From: Mustelus asterias
Lineage: Eukaryota
Length of the DNA stretch: 64,000 nucleotides
Assembly: GCF_964213995.1 (NCBI RefSeq)
Contig: NW_027590217.1
Span: forward strand, 62,001 to 126,000
Direction: 5' to 3'
Shown here: positions 25,591-38,718 of the stretch, one piece after another
Position numbering within the stretch: position 1 is the stretch's first letter
Layout of the letters: each line of letters begins with the position of its first letter
Made by a program: the position numbers and the translations under genes
The notes under the pieces: model-generated
The model's database searches: none
What the model saw: the letters and a program-made list of their open reading frames with translations, nothing else
What the model was told of the DNA's origin: nothing

Positions 25591-27841
25591 TGGTTATAAA
25601 AGAAAGGGCAATGGGCTCCCATCAGATTTGAGAAGACTGATTGTGACTCCTTGAACCAAGAAAGGAAGGCAACAGGATGCTGCAAACTACAGGCCAGATA
25701 GCTTAACATCCATCGCAGGGTAATTGCTGGAATCTTTCATTAAGGAAGTTATAGTTGGGCACTGAGAAAACCTCAATTCATTCAAGCAGAGTCAACATGG
25801 CTTTCTGAAGGGAAATCACCTTTGATTAATTTATGGGAGGGTTCTTTAAGGAAGTAGCAAGCAACATGGATAAAGGGGAATCTGTAGATGTGATGTTTAG
25901 ATTTCCAGGAGGCATTTGACAAGGCGCCACATCAAAGGTTCCTCCACAAAATAAGAGCTCACAGTGCCAGGTGGGAGAGGGTAACATATTAGCATGCATG
26001 GAGGGTCGGTTAGCAACAGGAAGCAGAGAGTAGGAATAATGGATCTATTTCCGATTGGCTGGCAAGATGTGATGAGTAGAGTGTCACAGAGATCACTGCC
26101 GAGGCCTGAAATATTTACCACCACTTGGATGAAGGGGCTGATTGTATAGTTACGACGTTTGCCCGATGACGCAAAGATAGGTGAGAAAATAAGTCGCAAA
26201 AAAGGACATCAGGAGTCTGCAAAGGGACACAGGTAGGTTAATTTGGTCGATGGGGGACAATGTGGGAGAATGTGAACCTGTCCACTTTGGCAGGAAGGAT
26301 AAAAATGCAGCGTATTACTTCAACAAAGAGAGAGAGATTGCAGAACTCAGGGATACAGAGGGATCTGGGTGTCCTGGTACATAACATAGGGGTGGGGGAG
26401 GAAAGGTTAGACATACTGGACCTGCATTCATTGGAGTTTAGAAGATTGCGAAGTGATCTTGTTGAATCATATGAGATCCTGAGGGTACTTGACAGGGTGC
26501 GTGATGAAAGGAAGTTTCCCTTGTGGAACAAGATAGAACGGGGGGGACACAGTTTGAAAATAAGGGGTCTTCTGTTTAATCATAGAATCCCTACAGTGCA
26601 GAAGAAGGCCATTCGGCCCATCGAGTCTGCACTGACAACAATCCCAACCAGGCCCTATCCCCGTAACCTCTCATATTTACCCGACTAATCCCCTTGACAC
26701 TGAGGGACAATTTAGCACGGCCAATCCACCTATCAGCACGCCTTTTGGACTGTGGGAGGAAACTGGAGCACCTGGAGGAAACCCATGCAGACACGGGGAG
26801 AACGTGCAGACTTGCACAGACAGTGACCCAAGGCCGGAATTGAACCTGGGTCCCTGGCCCTGTGAGGCAGCAGTGCTAACCCACTGTGGCGCCGTGCTTC
26901 TTAAGATGGGGATGAGAAGAAACCTTTTCTCACAGAGAACAAAGACCAAAGAACAAAGAAAATTACAGTAAAGGAACAGGCCCTTAGGCCCTCCAAGCCT
27001 GCACCGACCGTGCTGCCCGACTGAACTAAAACTCCCTACCCTTCTGGGGACCAGATCCCTCTATTCCCATCTCATTCATGTATTTGTCAAGGCACTTTAA
27101 AAGTCTCTTTAAATACTCTTTAAAAGTCACTATCTGCTTCCACTCCCTCCCCCGGCAACGAGTTCCAGGCACCCACCACCCTCTCTGTAAAAAACTTGCC
27201 TCGTACATCTCCTTTAAACCTTTCCCCTCGCATCTTAAACCTGTGCCCCCCAATAATTGACTCTTTCACCATGGGAAAAATCTTCTGACTATCCACTCTG
27301 TCCATGCCCCTCATAATTTTGTAGACTTCTATCAGGTCGCCCCTCAACCTCCGTCGTTCCAGTGAGAACAAACCAAGTTTCTCCAACCTCTCCTCATAGC
27401 TAATGCCCTCCATACCAGGCAACATCCTGGTCAATCTTTTCTGTTCCCTCTCCAAAGCCTCCACATCTTTCTGGTAGTGTGGCAACCAGAATTGAACACT
27501 GTATTCCAAGTGCGGCCTAACTAAGGTTCTATAAAGCTGTAACATAACTTGCCAATTTTTAAACTCAATGTCCCGGCCGATGAAGGCAAGCATACTGTAT
27601 GCCTTCTTGACAACCTTCTCCACCTGCGTTGCCACTTTCAGTGACCTGTGTACCTGTACACCCAGATCCCTTTGCCTATCAATACTCTTAAGAGGGTGGT
27701 GAATCCTTGAAACCCAGACAGCGGTGGAGACTGGGTCAGTCGATATTATTAAGGCAGAGAGACGGATAGATTCTGACTAACAAGGGAGTTACAGGTTATC
27801 AGGGGGAGGCGGAGTGCAGAGTTGAGGCTAAACTTGTCCCC

Positions 27842-30063
27842 ATGTGGAGAACCAGTGGTTTTAGCTGGGGGAAGGGTAATTATGAGGCTATTAGGAGAGA
27901 ATTAGGAAACATAGGTTGGACTAGGAGATTACAGGGACTGGGAACGTCCGACATGTGGAGTTTTTTCAAGGAGCAGCTACTGCGAGTCTGTGATAGGTAT
28001 GTCCCTGTCAGGCAAGGAGGAATTGGTAGGGCTAGGGAACCGTGGTGCACCAAAAAAGTTTCTTTGTTGGTTAAAAAGAAAAAGGAGGCTTATGTTCGGA
28101 TGAGACGTGAGCACTCGGGTAGTGCACTAGAAAGCTTTAGATTGGCTAAGAGGGAGTTGAAGAGCGAGCTTAGAAGGGCTAAAAGGGGACATGAGAAGAC
28201 TTTGGCGGATAGGGTTAAAGAGAATCCTAAGGCGTTCTATAGGTATGTCAAGAACAGAAGGTTGGTTAGGGCAAGTTTAGGGCCAGTTATAGATGGCAGA
28301 GGGAAGTTATGTGTGGAACCGGAGGAGATTGGTGAAGCATTGAACCAATATTTCTCTTCGGTGTTCACGCAAGGGGACATGAATATAGCTGAGGAGGACA
28401 CTGGGTTGCAAGGGAGTAGAATAGACAGTATTACAGTTGATAAGGAGGATGTGCAGGATATTCTGGAGGGTCTGAAAATAGATAAATCCCCTGGTCCGGA
28501 TGGGATTTATCCAAGGATTCTCTGGGAGGCAAGAGAAGTGATTGCAGAGCCTCTGGCTCTGATCTTCAGGTCGTCGTTGGCCTCTGGTATAGTACCAGAA
28601 GATTGGAGGTTAGCGAATGTTGTCCCATTGTTTAAGAAGGGGAACAGAGACTTCCCCGGGAATTATAGACCGGTGAGTCTCACTTCTGTTGTCGGCAAGA
28701 TGTTGGAAAAAATTATAAGGGATAGGATTTATAGTTATTTGGAGAGTAATGAATTGATAGGTGATAGTCAGCATGGTTTTGTGGCAGGTAGGTCGTGCCT
28801 TACTAACCTTATTGAGTTTTTTGAGAAAGTGACCAAGGAGGTGGATGGGGGCAAGGCAGTGGACGTGGTATATATGGATTTTAGTAAGGCGTTTGATAAG
28901 GTTCACCATGGTAGGCTTCTGCAGAAAATGCAGATGTATGGGATTGGGGGTGATCTAGGAAATTGGATCAGGAATTGGCTAGCGGATAGGAAACAGAGGG
29001 TGGTGGTTGATAGTAAATATTCATCATGGAGTGCGGTTACAAGTGGTGTACCTCAGGGATCTGTTTTGGGGCCACTGCTGTTTGTAATATTTATTAATGA
29101 TCTGGATGAGGGTATAGTTGGGTGGATTAGCAAATTTGCTGATGACACCAAAGTCGGTGGTGTGGTAGACAGTGAGGAAGGGTGTCGTAGTTTGCAGGAA
29201 GACTTAGACAGGTTGCAAAGTTGGGCCGAGAGGTGGCGGATGGAGTTTAATGCGGAGAAGTGTGAGGTAATTCACTTTGGTAGGAATAACAGATGTGTTG
29301 AGTATAGGGCTAACGGGAGGACTTTGAATAGTGTGGAGGAGCAGAGGGATCTAGGTGTATGTGTGCATAGATCCCTGAAAGTTGGGAATCAAGTAGATAA
29401 GGTTGTTAAGAAGGCATATGGTGTCTTGGCGTTTATTGGTAGGGGGATTGAATTTAGGAGTCGTAGCGTTATGTTGCAACTGTACACAACTCTGGTGCGG
29501 CCGCACTTGGAGTACTGTGTGCAGTTCTGGTCCCCACATTACAGGAAGGATGTGGAGGCTTTGGAGAGGGTGCAGAGGAGGTTTACCAGGATGTTGCCTG
29601 GTATGGAGGGGAGATCCTATGAGGAGAGGCTGAGGGATTTGGGATTGTTTTCGCTGGAAAGGCGGCGGCTAAGAGGGGATCTTATTGAAACATATAAGAT
29701 GATTAGAGGTTTAGATAGGGTGGATAGTGATAGCCTTTTTCCTCTGATGGAGAAATCCAGCACGAGGGGGCATGGCTTTAAATTGAGGGGGGGTAGTTAT
29801 AGAACCGATGTCAGGGGTAGGTTCTTTACCCAGAGGGTGGTGAGGGATTGGAATGCCCTGCCAGCATCAGTAGTAAATGCGCCTAGTTTGGGGGCGTTTA
29901 AGAGATCCGTAGATAGGTTCATGGACGAAAAGAAATTGGTTTAGGTTGGAGGGTCACAGTTTTTTTTTTTTTATTTATTTTATTTTATTTTTTAACTGGT
30001 CGGTGCAACATCGTGGGCCGAAGGGCCTGTTCTGCGCTGTAATGTTCTATGTTCTATGTTCTA
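27842..30063 (+). mobile_element. Young 5'-truncated CR1 LINE, 700-aa open ORF2 segment with full RT domain
   Basis: ORF 27842-29944 (KSPGPDG, YRPVSLTS, GVPQGSVLGP, KFADD) and a (GTTCTAT)n tail. Confidence 0.96.
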
Positions 30064-30942
30064 ATTGTAAATTCTACCTAAAATGGCCAAAGTCTCAGCA
30101 ACAACGTTATGAAGTGATATCCAATACTGTTCTGGCCACCCTACTATAGAAAGGATATTATTAAACTAGAAAAAGTGCAGAAAAGATTTACTCGGATGCT
30201 ACCGGGACTTGATGGTTTGAGTTATAAGGAGAGGCTGGATAGACTGGGACATTTTTCTCTGGAGCGTAGGAGGCTGAGGGGTGAGCTTATAGAGGTCTAT
30301 GAAATAATGAGGGGCACAGATCAGCGAGATAGTCAATATCTTTTCCCAAAGGTAGGGGAGTCTAAAACTAGAGGGCATAGGTTTAAGTGAGAGTGGAGAG
30401 ATACAAAAGTGTCCAGAGGGGCAATTCTTTCACACAGAGAGTGCTGAGTGTCTGGAACAAGCTGCCAGAGGTCGTAGTAGAGGCGGGTACAATTTTATCT
30501 TTTAAAAAGCATTTAGACAGTTACATGGGTACGATGGGTATAGAAGGATATGGGCTAAATGCAGGCAATTGGGACTAGCTGAGGGGTTAAAAAAAAAGGG
30601 CGGCATGGACAAGTTGGGCCGAAGGGCCTGTTTCCAGGCTGTAAACCTCTATGCCTCTATGACAATCTCAGACTGGTTCTCGGCACTGTGAGATTGTCAG
30701 ATACCAGCAGGAGAAAGCTGACCTTGTACAGCAAGTCACTCAGGAGCTAAAACACTGAAGGATTCTCGCTGTTTGTCAGAATCTAGAACTAAAAGGTTCA
30801 GCGAATATTTCAGGAGAAGCCGGTCAAATGGACCAATGAGAGGTTGGCATGGTGATGGTTACTCTGGATGTTAAAGGATAGAATATGTCTTTCCTGTAGC
30901 AAAACTATTGTGTCATCTGAAACATGCTGAAATGTGTTACAG

Positions 30943-31242
30943 GTCCGAACGTCATCCCCCTTGTCCCATCCGCGGAGGTTATCTACAATCAAACTACTGC
31001 TGTCCTGGGCTGTATGATATCTGGATTTGCTCCCGACAGCATCCAGGTTTCCTGGAAGAAAGGCCAAGTGGGTCAAACAGGTGTTGTTCTCCCTTCCAAA
31101 CAGAGATCTGGCGATACATTCGAAACGGTCTCTTACCTGACAGTCCCTGTGGCGGATTGGAAGAGAGGAGATGTCTACGTTTGTCAAGTGACCCACACAC
31201 CTTCGAACTTCAACCGCGGGATCAGCTTGAGATACCGAGAGG
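30943..31242 (+). CDS. IgW: IgW constant exon C2
   Basis: TTACAG acceptor. LGCMISGFAP..VSW..YVCQVTH. Donor G|GTAAGT, 300 nt. Confidence 0.95.
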
Positions 31243-32644
31243 GTAAGTGGTGTCTGAGAGAGGAAAGGAATATCCCGTCAGTAATTCAGACTTGTGTTCA
31301 CTTCATGGGCAAAGACTGTCCCTCAATTCAGAATCACTGTCCCCAGTAACAACCCTGCAGTGAGAGGTGAAATGTTTAGTGTTTGGTGTTTTGACATTTA
31401 ACTGACACTGAAGGGGAGTAATTTGAAGGGAATGCAGGAAGCAGAGGGAAACTGCTGGAATTGGGTCACTGTCTGTTTCCCAGCCTTATCCAATGGGACT
31501 CTCTGTGACTCGAAATGAAAATGGGGCTGGGTGTGAAGTGGTTCACCTGATAACATCCCATCTGATACCCAACACATCGAATCCCATCCACAGTTCAAAT
31601 CAGCTCCCAGCGTTCCCTTTTCTACTGCCTCCCAAACGCTGCGTCATCCAAGAAACCTTTCCAGTTTTGCGTTTGAAGGATTTGCCGGGATTGGCCTCAC
31701 CGTCTCCTGAGCCTGCTCCAGAAATCACCCAACTGACTGCTCATCAATTCATTCCCCACATTTTCCTTTTCGATAGAACTCCCCCCCCCACCATTTGCTT
31801 TTATCAGACGTGGTACAGAGTAGAAGAGCAAGGAGGTCATGTTGGAGCCGTACAGAGCGTTGGTGAGGCCACAGCTGGAGGACTGTGTGCAGTTCTGGCC
31901 ACCTCACTATAGGAAGGATTGATCGCACTGGAGGGGGTGCAGAGGAGGTTCACCAGGATGCTGCCTGGGAATGGAGTATTTGAACTATAAGGAGAGACTG
32001 GATAAGCTGGGTTTACTTTCTTTAGATCAGAGAAGGCTGAGGGGGACATGATTGAGGTGGATAAGATTATGAGGGGTTTGGATAGGGTGAGTAGGGAGTA
32101 GCTGTTCCCCTGGGTTGAGGAGTCCTACATTCTCTCCGTAACCCTTCAACCCATTACCAATTAAAAATCAGTCTAACCCCTCCTTAAATTTATTCACTGT
32201 CCCAGCATCCACCGCTCTTTGGGGCAGCGAATTCCACAGATTCACAATCCTTTGGGAGAAGTCGTTTCTCCTCAACTCTGTTTTAAATTTGCTGCCCCTT
32301 ATCCTAAGACTCTGACCTTTCGTCCCAGAATGCCCCACAAGAGGAAGCGTCCTCTCCACGTCTACTTCATCCATACCTTTTATCATCTTGTACACCTCAT
32401 TGTGATCTTCCCTCATTCTTCGACATTCCAGAGAATATAGGCCTAAACTGCTCGATCTCTCTTCGTACGACAAACCCCTCATCCCTCAATCAGGAGGGAG
32501 CAGAGTTTTAGAGTGAGGGGTAGGAGATTCAGAGGGGATTTGAGAAAAGAAAATCACGCAGGAGTTGGTGGGAATCTGGAATGCGCTGCCTGGGAAGGTA
32601 GTGGAGGCTGGAAACCTTACAACCTTTAAAAAATATTTGGAGGG

Positions 32645-33233
32645 TGTTGTGGGAAAAATCCACTCATAGTCAGATCTCAAGGTTCCAAAATACAGTTTAT
32701 TCAACGGAGCTCCGTGGAGACAAGGCACGAGTCAGTAGCAAACCTTCTCTCCGTAAAATGTCGGGAACGGTCCATCTTTATACTTTTTACACAATAGATG
32801 GACCGGAGATTTGAACATTATCACATCGTTATAGGCAGATACAAACAGATACAAACATTTAACATAGTATTGTTCTTATGAATGGGTATATTTCCTATGT
32901 CTGTGGCTATCAATGGTTGGTTTCGGCTCATTCAGGTGCGAATCGGTTTTCCTGCATTCATATTTTCCCGCTCTTCCTATGACTAATCTACTCCCTTTGT
33001 CTTGGGTTTTCCCTTATCTAAAAGATGTCTCGATCCTTGGCTGGCTTCCTGAGGTGTTTGTTAACTTTAAATCACTGTCTGTGATTCCAAATGGCTTGTC
33101 TGTTGGGTTTGATTTCAAGTGATCTTTGTCTAAGTGGAAGCCGGTGTCTGTTTTATGGTTCCTTTCCCAGTTAACTCTTTATGTGCCAGGCAGTTATTTT
33201 AAAGTGTGCTTTCCTTACGTTTTTCCCCTTACA
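32645..33233 (-). mobile_element. Solo LTR (589 bp), ERV-like
   Basis: Inverted termini TGTTGTGGGAAAA / TTTTCCCCTTACA. Minus-strand TATAAAG (32776-32782) then AATAAA (32696-32701). Imperfect TSD GAGGG/GATGG. It splits a CR1 fragment. Confidence 0.75.
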
Positions 33234-33745
33234 GATGGGCACTTGAAACATCATGGGTGGGATTTTCCAGCCACGCTCGCCTCAAAACCGGGACCCCCCA
33301 CCCCCCCTGAGTCAATAGACCTTTGCGTGGTCAACCCCGCCCTCCCGCCCCCCCCCCCCCCCGCCCCCACTCGCTATGATTCCCTTGGTGGGCGGGAGGG
33401 GTGAATTCCTCCCCATGACATTCATGGGGAGAAGTGCTGGAAAATGGGATTAGCGCGTGTTTACTGGTGGTTATTGTTGGTGCAGACTCGATGGGCTGAA
33501 AGGCCTTTTCTGCGCTGTATGACTCTCTGACCGCACCTCCCCCCTCGAAGCTCAGATCAATTTCCTCTGACCGTTCTGGACAAGGTGAGTCGGCTTTTCA
33601 ACATCAACATGATCCGGACCCTTTCGGATCCTGAAAAGGCAGGACTGAGCTGAGTTCCGGGGCCGTGTTGTTCTCCCACTTTCCCGGCACACGGGAGGGG
33701 GAGTGAAAATGTGTAAGGCTTAATCTGCAACTCTTCCAATTCCAG

Positions 33746-33921
33746 GTGGAAATGCAAATCTTCCAGATCTAGGTGCTAATGTTGCTAGCACTTGTCCTCC
33801 TTGCACTTGTGCTGGGTGTGTGCCGAAGATTGTCTACAAGACTAACCTCAATGTGACCCTCGAAAGTGGCGACAACCTCCAATTTAACTGTCGCCCTCAA
33901 ATTTGTTCAATAAAGCATTGA
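33746..33921 (+). CDS. IgW: IgW-short Cys-rich secretory tail exon (GGNANLPDLGANVASTCPPCTCAGCVPKIVYKTNLNVTLESGDNLQFNCRPQICSIKH*)
   Basis: Pyrimidine tract and CCAG acceptor, in phase with C2. Six Cys, an NVT sequon, a stop codon, and AATAAA at 33909-33914. Matches the known atypical tail type of shark IgW-short / skate IgX-short. Confidence 0.88.
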
Positions 33922-36900
33922 CTGTGAATGGAATTGGCTGTTGAATGTTATTAAGAGCCATCCAGGAGGTTCAGATCCAGCCCATGGTGTCTGTCAGAAT
34001 GAAAGTGTCAACAATGCAAAAAGCAACAGCCATAGTTTGGGTTCCCCCCCCCACCCAACCCACTCCTGAACTGTGAGGAGGATGCAGAGATCCTTCAGCA
34101 TGATCTGGACAGGTTGGCTGAGTGGGCTAATCAGTGGCAGATGCAGTGTAATTTGGATAAGTGTGAGGATATTCACTTTGGAAGCAAAAACAAGAAGGCA
34201 GATTACTACCCGAATGGCTGTAAATTGGGAGAGGGGAGTGTGCAGCGGGACCTGGGTGTCCTTGTGTACCAGTCGCTGAAGGTAAGCATGCAGGTGCAGC
34301 AGGCGGTAAAGAAGGCAAATGGTATGTTGGCCTTCATTGCGAGAGGTTTCGGGTACAGGAGCAGGGATGTGTTGTTGCAATTATACAGGGCCTTGGTGAG
34401 GCCACACCTAGAGTATTGTGTGCAGTTTTGGTCTCCTTTTCTGAGGAAGGATGTTCTTGCTCTCGAGGGAGTTGCAGCGAAGGTTTACCAGGCTGATTCC
34501 GGGGATGGCGGGACTGATGTATGAGGAGAGATTGACCAGGTTAGGATTGTTTTCCCTGGAGTTCAGACGAATGAGGAGGGGAATCTCATGGAGACTTGTA
34601 AAATTCTAACAGGACTAGACAGGGTAGATGCAGGGAGGATATTCCCGATGTGAGTGTCCAGAACCAGGGGCTCACAGTCTGATGAGTCGGGGTAGACCAT
34701 TTAGGACGGAGGTGAGGAGACATTTCCTCACCCAAAGAGTGGCGAGCCTGTGGAATTCATTACCACAGGAAGTAGTTGATGCCAAAACATTGAATGTATT
34801 CAAGAGGCGGCTAGATGTAGCACTTGGGGTGAACAGGGTCGAAGATTCTGGGGAGAAAGCAGAATTAGGCTGTTGAGTTGGACAGTCAGCTATGATGGTG
34901 ATGAATGGCGGAGCAGGCTTGAAGGGCTGAATGGCCTCCTCCTGCTCCTATCTTCTATGTTTCTAATCTAAATGGTCATTTTCTTGTGAAATGCTCCAGG
35001 TCAGATTGAATAGGAACCTGACCCCAGCGCCTGACCATTGTCTCTCAAAGTCTGTCAAGAATTAGAAGCACGTTTGTCACCCAGAGAGACGATGAGGTCG
35101 GGATCTGGTGGGTTGGGCCTCGTTGATCCAGTAGAATGGTGTGATTGGCTCCTCCAATGGTGTTGGCCCTGTGGCAAATCGGTGATTCAGGACACAAGGA
35201 TTTAACTGGTGCCCTGCGCTATCTGCGCAGTTTTAGATTAAATTCTGGGTTGCAGAAACGGAAACAGTTCCCTTCACTCCTGCAATCCTGGAGACTAATA
35301 TCAGTCAATGACAGAAACTCAATCTTCACAGGAAACCAAGTTTGGGGAAGACCACAAGATATAGGAGCAGAATTAGGCCACTCGGCCCATCGAGTCTGCT
35401 CCGCCATTCAATCCTGGCTGATATTTTTCTCATCCCCATTCTCCTGCCTTTTCCCCATAACCCCTGATCCCCTTATTAATCAAGAACCTATCTATCTCTG
35501 TCTCAATGACCCGGCCTCCACAGCCTTCTACGGCAAAGAGTTCCACAGATTCACCACTCTCTGGCTGAAGAAATTCCTCCTCATCTCTGTTTTAAAGGAT
35601 CGTCCCTTTAGTCTGAGGTTGTGCCCTCTGGTTCTAGTTTTTCCTACCAGTGGAAACATCCTCTCCACATCCACTCTATCCAGGCCTTGCAGTATCCTGT
35701 AAATTTTACTAAGATCCTCCCCTCATCCTTCTAAACTCCAACGAGTACAGACCCAGAATCCTCAACCGTTCCTCATACGACAAGCTCTTCATTCCAGGGA
35801 TCATTCTTGTGAACCTCATCTGGACCCTTTCCAAGCGCATCCTTCCTTAGATATGGTGCCCAAAACTGCTCACAATACTCCAAATGGGGTCTGACCAGAG
35901 CCTTATACAGCCTCAGAAGTCCATCCCTGCTCTTGTATTCTCGCCCTCTCGACTGTGTTTTTTCAATTTCCTCACACTGGGTAAATGGAATTAAATGTCC
36001 CGCGTCTAATAATAATACAATTATTTTACAAGGTTAAGGGGACTTTTCACAAACCCTGCCAGGTTTCCTGACAAACTTGGAAAATGGACTCCGACTTGGT
36101 GATGAACAGAATCAGCGATCCCAAAGTGGAAGGAAATTGGTGAACGTTTTGTTTCAAAGACAAGAGAGAGAAACGGAACGTCTCAACCTAATAAAAGAGC
36201 CAGTCCTGTCAGACCGACAGTGTGTGCTGAACATGAGCTGAAACTGCAGCCGCAAGGGGTGATGACTGGTGGACAAGAGAGATTTTTATCCAGACACAGA
36301 TATAGTCATCCTGTCTCTCTGTGAGCGTTAATATTACATCAAGAGAGATCAGCGTGGATCACAGCACTTGTGACTCATAAAATAAATGTTATTTTAATAG
36401 TGTAGGATGTGGAGGCTTTGGAGAGGGTACGGAAGAGGTTTACCAGGATGTTGCCTGGTCTGGAGGGTATTAGCTATGAGGAGAGGTTGGAGAAACTCGG
36501 TTTGTTCTCACTGGAACAACGGAAATTGATGGGGGAGGGGCGACCGGATAGAGGTTTACAAGATTATGAGGGGCATGGACAGAGTGGAGAGTCAGATGCT
36601 CCTTCCTTAGGGTAGAAAAGTCAAGTACGAGGGAACATAGGTTTAAGGTGCGTGGGGAAAAGATTAGAGGAGATGTGCGAGACAAGTTTTTTTACACAGA
36701 GGGTGGTGAATGTCTGGAAGGCGCTGCCCAGGGAGGTGGTGGGAGCAGGTACGATAGCAGCATTTAAGGGGCAACGGGATGAATACATGAATAGGATGGG
36801 AATGGAAGGATACGCTCTCCGTCAGTGCACGCGGTTTTAGTTGAGGCAGGCATCATGATCGGCGCAGGCTTGGAGGGCCGAAGGGCCTGTTCCTGTGCTG

Positions 36901-38325
36901 TACTGCTCTTTGTACAGCACACAGAGTAAACTGCTGGATATCTGAAATGCCAATGTCCTTGAGGGGAGGCGATGGCCTTGTGGTATTATTGCTCGACTAT
37001 TAATCCAGAAACTCAGCTCATGTTCTGGGGGCCCAGGTTCGAATCCCGCCACGCCAGATGGTGGAATTTGAATTCAATAAGAAGTATCTGGAATTAAGAA
37101 TCTACTGATGACCACGAAACCATTGTCCATTGTCGGGAAAACCCATCTGGTTCACTGATGTCCTTTAGAGAAGGAAATCTGCCATCCTTCCCTGGCCTGG
37201 CCTACATGTGACTCCAGAGCCACAGCAATGCGGTCGACTCTCAACTGCCCTCTGAACAAGGGCAACGAGGGATGGGCAATAAATGCTGGCCAGCCAGCGA
37301 CGCCCATGTCCCACGAATGAATTGAAAGATGAATATAAAACAGAAAATGTGAACAATTCAACGTTATCTTCCCGGGCCAGTAACTCTGAATGAAACTGGG
37401 GAAAGTACATGTTGTGCAGAAATAATCCCAACCTGCAGGAAGAGGGGGCTTGTGTTACTTCCTCTGATTCCTGGGGGTTGTTCTCCCAATGCAAACTAAC
37501 CATCTTCTTTCACAAGGAATTACCGTCAATGGCAATGTGCATTGATATAGCGCCGTCAATGTCGCAAACCATTCCAAAGGGCCTGACAGGAGCAAAATCA
37601 AAGGGGAGCTGACACTGAGTCAGAAGGAGAAGATATTGGGATATACCGAAAGCTTGGCCGAAGAGGGAGGCTTTAAGGAGAGTCTCAAACGAGGGGAGAG
37701 AGGTGACAGGTCGCTGAGGATTGGGCAGTGAGTTGCAGAGATTAGGGCCCAGATGGTTGAAGGCACGGCCACCGATGATGGGGGGAAAGGAAGCGAAGGA
37801 TGTACCAGAGACTAGAGTTATACAGGGTTTCTGGACGGTGTAGGAATGGAGAAGATTACAGAGATCAGGAGAGGTGAAGCCAATGGAACATTAGGATGAG
37901 GATTCTAAGCCCGAGGTGATCCAGGTTCCTCACACGACAAGCTCTTCATTCCAGGGATCATTCTTGTGAAGCTCCTCTGGACCCTTTCCAAGGCCAGCAC
38001 ATCCTTCCTTAGATACGGGGCCCTAAACTGCTCACAATACTCCAAATGGGGTCTGACCAGAGCCTTATACAGACTCAGAAGTACATCCCTGCCCTTGTAT
38101 TCTAGCCCTCTCGACATGAATGCTAACATTGCATTTGCCTTCCTAACTGTTGACTGAACCTACACGTTAACCTCAAGAGAATCTTGAACAAGGACTCCCA
38201 AGTCCCTTTGTGTTTGGAATTGGAAGCCCCATCTCTCCACAGGTGCTGTCAGACCTGCTGAGTTTCTCCAGCATTTTCTGTTTTTGTTTCAATTTCTCTG
38301 AACTTTTCCCCTTTCCCATTCCCAG

Positions 38326-38628
38326 AAATGTCTGTCTTGATCCAAACTCCTTCCATCAGAGAGGTTTGGATGAACAAGACGGCTACCCTGGAGTGCTCAG
38401 TCGTCTGTTCTGATCCGAGCCCAATCCAGATCCTCTGGGAAGTGAGCGACAAGAGGAGAAGTGACGGAGTTTTGACTCGTCCGCCCACAGGGGAAGGGAG
38501 CCTGCACATTATCGTCAGCCAACTTCGAACCAGTGCAGAGGAGTGGGAGAGCGGGGTGGAGTTTGTGTGCTCCGTCCACGGTGCTGCCTCGTCTGCACCG
38601 GTGTCGAAACGGATAAGCAGAGCAAAAG
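38326..38628 (+). CDS. IgW: IgW constant exon C3
   Basis: CCCAG acceptor. TATLECSV..ILW..EEWESGVEFVCSV. Donor G|GTGGGC, 303 nt. Confidence 0.94.
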
Positions 38629-38718
38629 GTGGGCAAACATTCAGAAATTAATCATCTGACTTTGGTAAGCTTGAGGGGGAAAAGTTTAACACTTCCATTG
38701 TTTACCCATTTGTTCCAG

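Noticed and set aside
27842-29944. 700-aa RT ORF as a domesticated gene or an active element
   Set aside because: It lacks the endonuclease and ORF1, and ends in a normal CR1 tail, so it is a young truncated insertion.
33752-33759. Perfect Ig octamer ATGCAAAT
   Set aside because: It is a single hit inside the short-tail exon, far from the promoter, and one or two hits are expected by chance in 64 kb.
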